From: Candidatus Heimdallarchaeota archaeon
GTDB taxonomy: Archaea > Asgardarchaeota > Heimdallarchaeia > Hodarchaeales > Hodarchaeaceae
Length of the DNA: 64,000 nt
Reading direction: 5' to 3'
NCBI GenBank assembly: GCA_011364965.1
Contig: RDOB01000002.1
Location: forward strand, 512,001 to 576,000
Part shown: positions 59,236 through 64,000 of the stretch, one piece after another
How positions within the stretch are numbered: the first letter of the stretch is position 1
How the letters are laid out: each line of letters opens with the position of its first letter
Program-made: the position numbers and the translations under genes
The notes under the pieces: generated by a model
Told to the model about the DNA's origin: nothing
The model's input: the letters and a program-made list of their open reading frames with translations, nothing else
Database searches by the model: none

Positions 59236-59490
59236 TTATTATTCCTCCTTGGAGGTTTCGAAAATTTCAGATTTCTTTGCATGTAGTATTCAATCATCAT
59301 TTTCTATAATTGTTTCTAGATATTCTGTCTGTATTTTTATAGTAGGTTCATCCTATATAAGGCGTGGGGAAAGGATTGAAGAGGTAATTTAAATAACAAT
59401 AGATAAGTTGCGCGAAATGAATTTGATTGACATCATTTCAAACTTTTTTTTGCCAGTAATTGAAAATTGCAACAGCTAGACGGTGTAAAA

Positions 59491-60282
59491 ATGCTAAAAA
59501 TTGAGAATCTAAAGGTTGAAGTTACTGATGAACCTGATAAGGTGATATTGGATGATTTAAATCTAAATATACCCGAAGGAGAAGTACATGTACTATTTGG
59601 GCCAAATGGATCTGGCAAATCGACTCTTCTACAAACTATCATGGGTTTCCCAGCATATAGAGTGCTTGAGGGTTCTATTCTATTTCGAGGTGAGGATATT
59701 ACAAATAAATCAATTACAGAGAGAGCAAAGCTCGGACTAGGAATCAGTATGCAAAGACCTCCAAACATTCCTGGATTAAAATTACAAAAACTTGCTGAAT
59801 TCTTAGTCAATCAGCGAAGAGAAACTACTGCTGAAATCGGATACATTGCTAAAAAGTTGGAAATGCGAGAATTTCTCTCTCGAGATTTAAATGTACACTT
59901 CTCAGGAGGTGAAATTAAACGTTCGGAGTTATTACAACTCCTTTTGCAAGCACCTAAATTCATTCTCCTAGATGAACCTGAATCAGGAGTTGATATTCAG
60001 GCACTTAAGCTAATTGGGGAGATGACCAATGTTCTTCTTGGTACTTCTCCAAGACAACCCACTTATCCATGGGATAAAAGTCGAGGGGGACTAGTTATTA
60101 CTCATACAGGTCATATTCTGGATTATATTCATGTTGATCGAGGCCATGTAATGTGTCATGGTCATATTGGTTGCTCGGGAACACCATCGCGACTTCTAGA
60201 CGATATTCGTAATTTAGGTTACCCTGAGTGTGCTAAATGTCATCGATTCACATCTAAAGACTTAAGTTTAAAAATAACTTGA
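59491..60282 (+). CDS. sufC: Fe-S assembly ATPase SufC/SmsC
   Basis: GPNGSGKST, FSGGEIKRSE, DEPESGVD, ITHTG, C-terminal CAKC. Confidence 0.92.
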   Translation: MLKIENLKVEVTDEPDKVILDDLNLNIPEGEVHVLFGPNGSGKSTLLQTIMGFPAYRVLEGSILFRGEDITNKSITERAKLGLGISMQRPPNIPGLKLQKLAEFLVNQRRETTAEIGYIAKKLEMREFLSRDLNVHFSGGEIKRSELLQLLLQAPKFILLDEPESGVDIQALKLIGEMTNVLLGTSPRQPTYPWDKSRGGLVITHTGHILDYIHVDRGHVMCHGHIGCSGTPSRLLDDIRNLGYPECAKCHRFTSKDLSLKIT

Positions 60283-60294
60283 AGAGGAATTTCA

Positions 60295-61512
60295 TTGGAT
60301 CCAAAAAACAGCTTTAAGCAAAAAGCAAAAGAAGCTAGAGATAAAAAAGCAATTTACGGTGATGATATTGATCTTACAAAGTATTCTAATCCTCAACCTC
60401 ATATCCATAAGGAAATTGACGACCTTTCCGATTTAAAAAGCCATAAGAATCTCAAAATCCTCAGAAAATCTGGATTTTCAGAGAACGATAGCCGTGTATC
60501 TGGTAGTTATCTGCAATATGATTTTGATACAATTTGTCATAAAAATAATGATTCTGGAGTTGAAGTTTTACCTATTGATGTTGCTCTTGAGGAGTATTCA
60601 GATTGGATCCAGGATTATTGGTGGAAAAATATTGCTATTGATACTGATAAATTTACAGCTAACACCGAATTAAATATGACTCGTGGCTATTTTATCAGAG
60701 CTAAGGCTGGTGCTAAGATAACATATCCGTTACAGTCATGTCTTTTTATATCCCGTAACTTTGGAGCTCAAAATGTTCACAATATTGTTATTGCAGAGGA
60801 AAAAAGCGATATACATATAATTACTGGATGTGCAACTTCAGCAAAAGCAGGTTTGCATATTGGTGTATCAGAATTTTATGTAAAAGAGGGAGCAGCATTA
60901 ACATTCACAATGGTTCATAATTGGGCTGAGAATTTTTATGTTCGCCCACGAACGGTAACAACAGTCGCTGCTGGAGGGAAATTTAATAGCAATTATATCG
61001 CTCTTGAGCCTGTGAAGTCTTTACAACTTTTTCCAACAACAATACTCAAAGAGGACGCCACAGCTCGATATAATAGCATATTATATGGACATCCAAATAC
61101 TATAATGGATGTGGGTGGTAAAGTAATTTTGGAGGGAAACGGAGCCCGTGCAGAAGTTCTTTCTCGAGCGGTAAGTGCTGGAGGGAAAATTATAGCGAGA
61201 GGGATTCTTGATGGAAAAGCTTCAGGTATAAAAGCCCATTTAGCATGTGATGGATTAATATTGGCCGAAAGCGGAATTATCCATGCTGTTCCTGAATTGA
61301 TTGCTGATAGACCTGACCTTGAAATGTCTCATGAAGCTTCAATTGGTAAGATTGGAGAAGATCAGTTAAATTATCTAATGGCTCGTGGAATGACTGAAGA
61401 AGAAGCAACTGATGCGATTGTAAGGGGATTTCTAAGCATTGATATAACAGGATTGAGACCCGAAATAGCAGCAGAACTTGAAAAGATGACAACATTACCT
61501 AAAGGATACTAA
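60295..61512 (+). CDS. sufB: Fe-S scaffold SufB/SmsB
   Basis: QNVHNI, ITGCAT, H.GVSEFYV, HLACDGL, SHEASIGKI, YLMARG. Confidence 0.92.
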   Translation: MDPKNSFKQKAKEARDKKAIYGDDIDLTKYSNPQPHIHKEIDDLSDLKSHKNLKILRKSGFSENDSRVSGSYLQYDFDTICHKNNDSGVEVLPIDVALEEYSDWIQDYWWKNIAIDTDKFTANTELNMTRGYFIRAKAGAKITYPLQSCLFISRNFGAQNVHNIVIAEEKSDIHIITGCATSAKAGLHIGVSEFYVKEGAALTFTMVHNWAENFYVRPRTVTTVAAGGKFNSNYIALEPVKSLQLFPTTILKEDATARYNSILYGHPNTIMDVGGKVILEGNGARAEVLSRAVSAGGKIIARGILDGKASGIKAHLACDGLILAESGIIHAVPELIADRPDLEMSHEASIGKIGEDQLNYLMARGMTEEEATDAIVRGFLSIDITGLRPEIAAELEKMTTLPKGY

Positions 61513-62786
61513 TTATTTCTCTGTTGAGATGTTATTTTCCTAAATATTATCATGAATAGAAGGATAAGAAGCCAACAAACAATTGCAACAATACTCAGAA
61601 AAAGAAAACTTGCATTGAATCCAATTTCATCTGCTAAATAACCAAAAATTGTTGGTGCAATCGCTCCTGTAAGCGTGGCGCCTGAAAACAAAAGACCAAA
61701 AGCTGCTGCCATTCCATGTGATGTCCCTGTAATTTCTGCTAAAATTGTTGGCAAAATTGCAGCCCCCAAAAAAAAGAAAAAGGTTAAAGTAACATATTCC
61801 GCCAATAGTAGAGGTGATTCGTGTGTGGGAGTGAGAATTAAGAGAAATAGTAAAAATGCGGCAACTGTGTTCGAAATAAAGATGGTTTTCGCTCGAAATT
61901 GAATTCGTTGATTCCTAGTTGCTCCACGAAGAGCTTTTCGATTATTTAAAACACCAATTATGAAGGTTGCGAATGCTCCTATACCTAAAACAACACCTGA
62001 AAACAGTGAAGCTTCAATATTAGAAAATAAAAATGCATCAGAGAAAACAACTGTTGTAAAATAGGAAAGCGATCGAAAGACTGGTGCCCGCGCGGCTGAA
62101 ATAAATACCAGCAATAAACTTAGAATGAGTACCTGTTGATTTGTGAATTTTATTTCATTTATTTGTTCGTTTTTAGTATAGTTATTCAAAGATTCATGAA
62201 GTTCTGGGGAATTAGGGAATATGAAACCAAACAAAAATCCTGCTATTAATTGGTAAATTGAGAATAGTATAAATGCAATTCTCCAATTAAATAGAACTGC
62301 AAAAACCATAGCAATAACTGGAGTGATGGCAGATCCCATATTGCCAGATACTGCATTCACCCCCATATTTCGATCTTTATTGGGCATGGTATTCAAAAAG
62401 TTAAATGCAAGTGGATGATATGATGAAAGTGCCACCCCTAAAATAATTGTTGCTATTGCTAGGTCAGTGAAAGAGTTAGCTAGCGACATCAAGAATCCAA
62501 AGAATCCAATCAAAATCATTCCAATCCAAATTAAATGCTTTCTCCACACTGGTCGATTATCCCCAATATACCCTATAGCAGGTGACAGAAAAACAAGCAT
62601 GATCATAGGGATTGATCCTAGTATTCCCCGTTCTGTTTGAGTAAGAAGAATATCTGTTTGAAGATATATCAACAGAGCTGGTGTGAGATAATTTCCAACG
62701 TGATTAGAAAAATGCCCTATGCTCGTCCAAAGTAGAATATGCCTTTCCATTGAATGAGAAGTTTCCGAACTCTGTGTTATTGCCAA
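61509..62786 (-). CDS. MFS transporter
   Basis: GHFSNH, GYIGD, YHP, GYLADEIG; about 12 TM. Confidence 0.88.
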   Translation of the reverse strand: MAITQSSETSHSMERHILLWTSIGHFSNHVGNYLTPALLIYLQTDILLTQTERGILGSIPMIMLVFLSPAIGYIGDNRPVWRKHLIWIGMILIGFFGFLMSLANSFTDLAIATIILGVALSSYHPLAFNFLNTMPNKDRNMGVNAVSGNMGSAITPVIAMVFAVLFNWRIAFILFSIYQLIAGFLFGFIFPNSPELHESLNNYTKNEQINEIKFTNQQVLILSLLLVFISAARAPVFRSLSYFTTVVFSDAFLFSNIEASLFSGVVLGIGAFATFIIGVLNNRKALRGATRNQRIQFRAKTIFISNTVAAFLLFLLILTPTHESPLLLAEYVTLTFFFFLGAAILPTILAEITGTSHGMAAAFGLLFSGATLTGAIAPTIFGYLADEIGFNASFLFLSIVAIVCWLLILLFMIIFRKITSQQRNN

Positions 62787-62993
62787 ATTAGATCCACTCT
62801 AAGATACTGAATATTCATATATCAAGTTTAAAATCGAAAACGACACTTTAAGAAAGGTTTTAAAAAAACACTGCGTGTTTATGCAATGAATTTCTTTTAT
62901 TCTGTTGCTTAAATGATTGGTTCGATTAAAATAACCGTAAAAAATACACAAAATTGAATTTTTGCTATTCTAACATTTTAGAGCGAGGAAAAA

Positions 62994-63695
62994 ATGAACA
63001 AAGGAAGAGCTTTAGCTACCATAATGGTTATATTGGGCGTTTTATGTTTAATTTTTGGTATTCTTAGCATTACTTTTCTTCAGGTGTCAATAGCTGAAGT
63101 AGATGCGACTGAATCTAACACATCTGATTATTTCTATCTAAGAGGAAAAATTAGTTATTATATAACAATAGTTGGTTCAAAGTCACCGTGGGGATATGGT
63201 TCTGGTAATCTTGAAATAATCTCCACAACCAGGATTTATTCTGAAACTACATTAATTACCTACAGTTTCGATGGTACAGCAGATTTGTCAATCATTACTA
63301 TTGGATCGATAACTGTACCGATATCTGGCCAGTATCAGCTTATTTTTACTCCTCTAGAAACATATCTTTCAGGGGGAAGTGTAAAAATAGCGATTCAAGA
63401 ATCCTTAATCCATTCATTAATCGGAATTGATGATATTCAGCTGATAATTCTCGCATTTCCTTTAATTATTGGCGGATTAATTTTAAGGTTCGCTATAGGG
63501 AAAAATATTTCTACTTCAGAAGTTCATTATACACATGATATCAACAATGAAGATAAACAAACATGGGATAATGATATTGACTTAGATTTCAATCATAAAG
63601 AACTGATATTTAAAAAAGTAAAGTGTCCAACATGTGGAATCCCATCTGACAGTCTTTACTGTCATAATTGCGGTACTCAAGTAAGGGAATATTAA
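62994..63695 (+). CDS. Membrane protein with C-terminal zinc ribbon
   Basis: Two TM segments flanking an extracellular beta domain; CPTCG...YCHNCG. Confidence 0.75.
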   Translation: MNKGRALATIMVILGVLCLIFGILSITFLQVSIAEVDATESNTSDYFYLRGKISYYITIVGSKSPWGYGSGNLEIISTTRIYSETTLITYSFDGTADLSIITIGSITVPISGQYQLIFTPLETYLSGGSVKIAIQESLIHSLIGIDDIQLIILAFPLIIGGLILRFAIGKNISTSEVHYTHDINNEDKQTWDNDIDLDFNHKELIFKKVKCPTCGIPSDSLYCHNCGTQVREY

Positions 63696-63717
63696 ATGAC
63701 AGGTTTACTGAAATCAA

Positions 63718-64000
63718 TTAGAAAAAATCATCAAGCTTTCTATCTTCAAACTTCTCTAGATTACTACAATCCGAGAAATACCTGTTTAAAATGGGTAGAT
63801 TTAAATCTAATTCCTTTAACGTCTCTTTTAGAATCTCTAACTCAACTTGTTCTTTTTTTGTGAATTTAAAAGTGCATGATTCCTTTAAAAAGTCATAATC
63901 GAGTTTTTGACACAACTTTGTCAAAATTGAAGCTGTTAATTCTAAATGAGGAAGTAGAATCGTAGGTGTTAATCTTGGTTGAGCATTCAAAACTGTATTT
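63718..64000 (-). CDS. Hypothetical protein C-terminus, 5'-partial
   Basis: Frame is open to the window edge; ends RKLDDFF. Confidence 0.55.
   Translation of the reverse strand, partial: NTVLNAQPRLTPTILLPHLELTASILTKLCQKLDYDFLKESCTFKFTKKEQVELEILKETLKELDLNLPILNRYFSDCSNLEKFEDRKLDDFF

Noticed and set aside
1-64000. Short antisense or overlapping ORFs in the track (e.g. 138-512, 17811-18113, 30288-30764, 59433-59810); also tRNA, rRNA, CRISPR and IS elements
   Set aside because: The ORFs are shadows of well-supported genes; no repeat-spacer array, cloverleaf, rRNA or transposase motif was seen by eye

Overview
AT-rich, gene-dense archaeal chromosome segment, most consistent with an Asgard archaeon (Heimdallarchaeia/Hodarchaeales-like). 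This is inferred from an Arf-family GTPase-longin fusion, a TPR-longin protein, a tailed histone, a histone doublet, SmsCB and large FtsX-type permeases. About 50 CDS: hydrolases, Nudix proteins, ribokinase and threonine aldolase (1-13 kb); an ABC exporter, a Lys-tailed histone, an HTH-zinc-finger regulator, an acyl-CoA ligase and a multi-PAS sensor (14-24 kb); Grx/FTR, PRTase, macro domain, acyl-CoA dehydrogenase and TPR-longin (25-33 kb); a P-type ATPase, a tandem histone with a long structured leader and an orphan N6-adenine methyltransferase (35-40 kb); a form IV RuBisCO-like protein and a surface EEP enzyme (44-48 kb); a divergent AOR/acyl-CoA ligase/SCP2/Fe-ADH/aminotransferase-III/FGGY kinase catabolic cluster (48.6-58 kb); then Arf-longin, SmsCB and an MFS transporter. 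Three pseudogenes or remnants were read out. Two genes appear to need non-canonical starts (ATC, ATA). No rRNA, tRNA, CRISPR array or transposase was recognised. The best candidates for new biology are the histone loci (tail, doublet, putative leader RNA and 3' hairpins, adjacent methyltransferase), the lipid-alcohol/amino-alcohol catabolic cluster with the nearby RLP, and the AUC-initiated Arf-longin. All family calls come from motifs read by eye, not from database searches.
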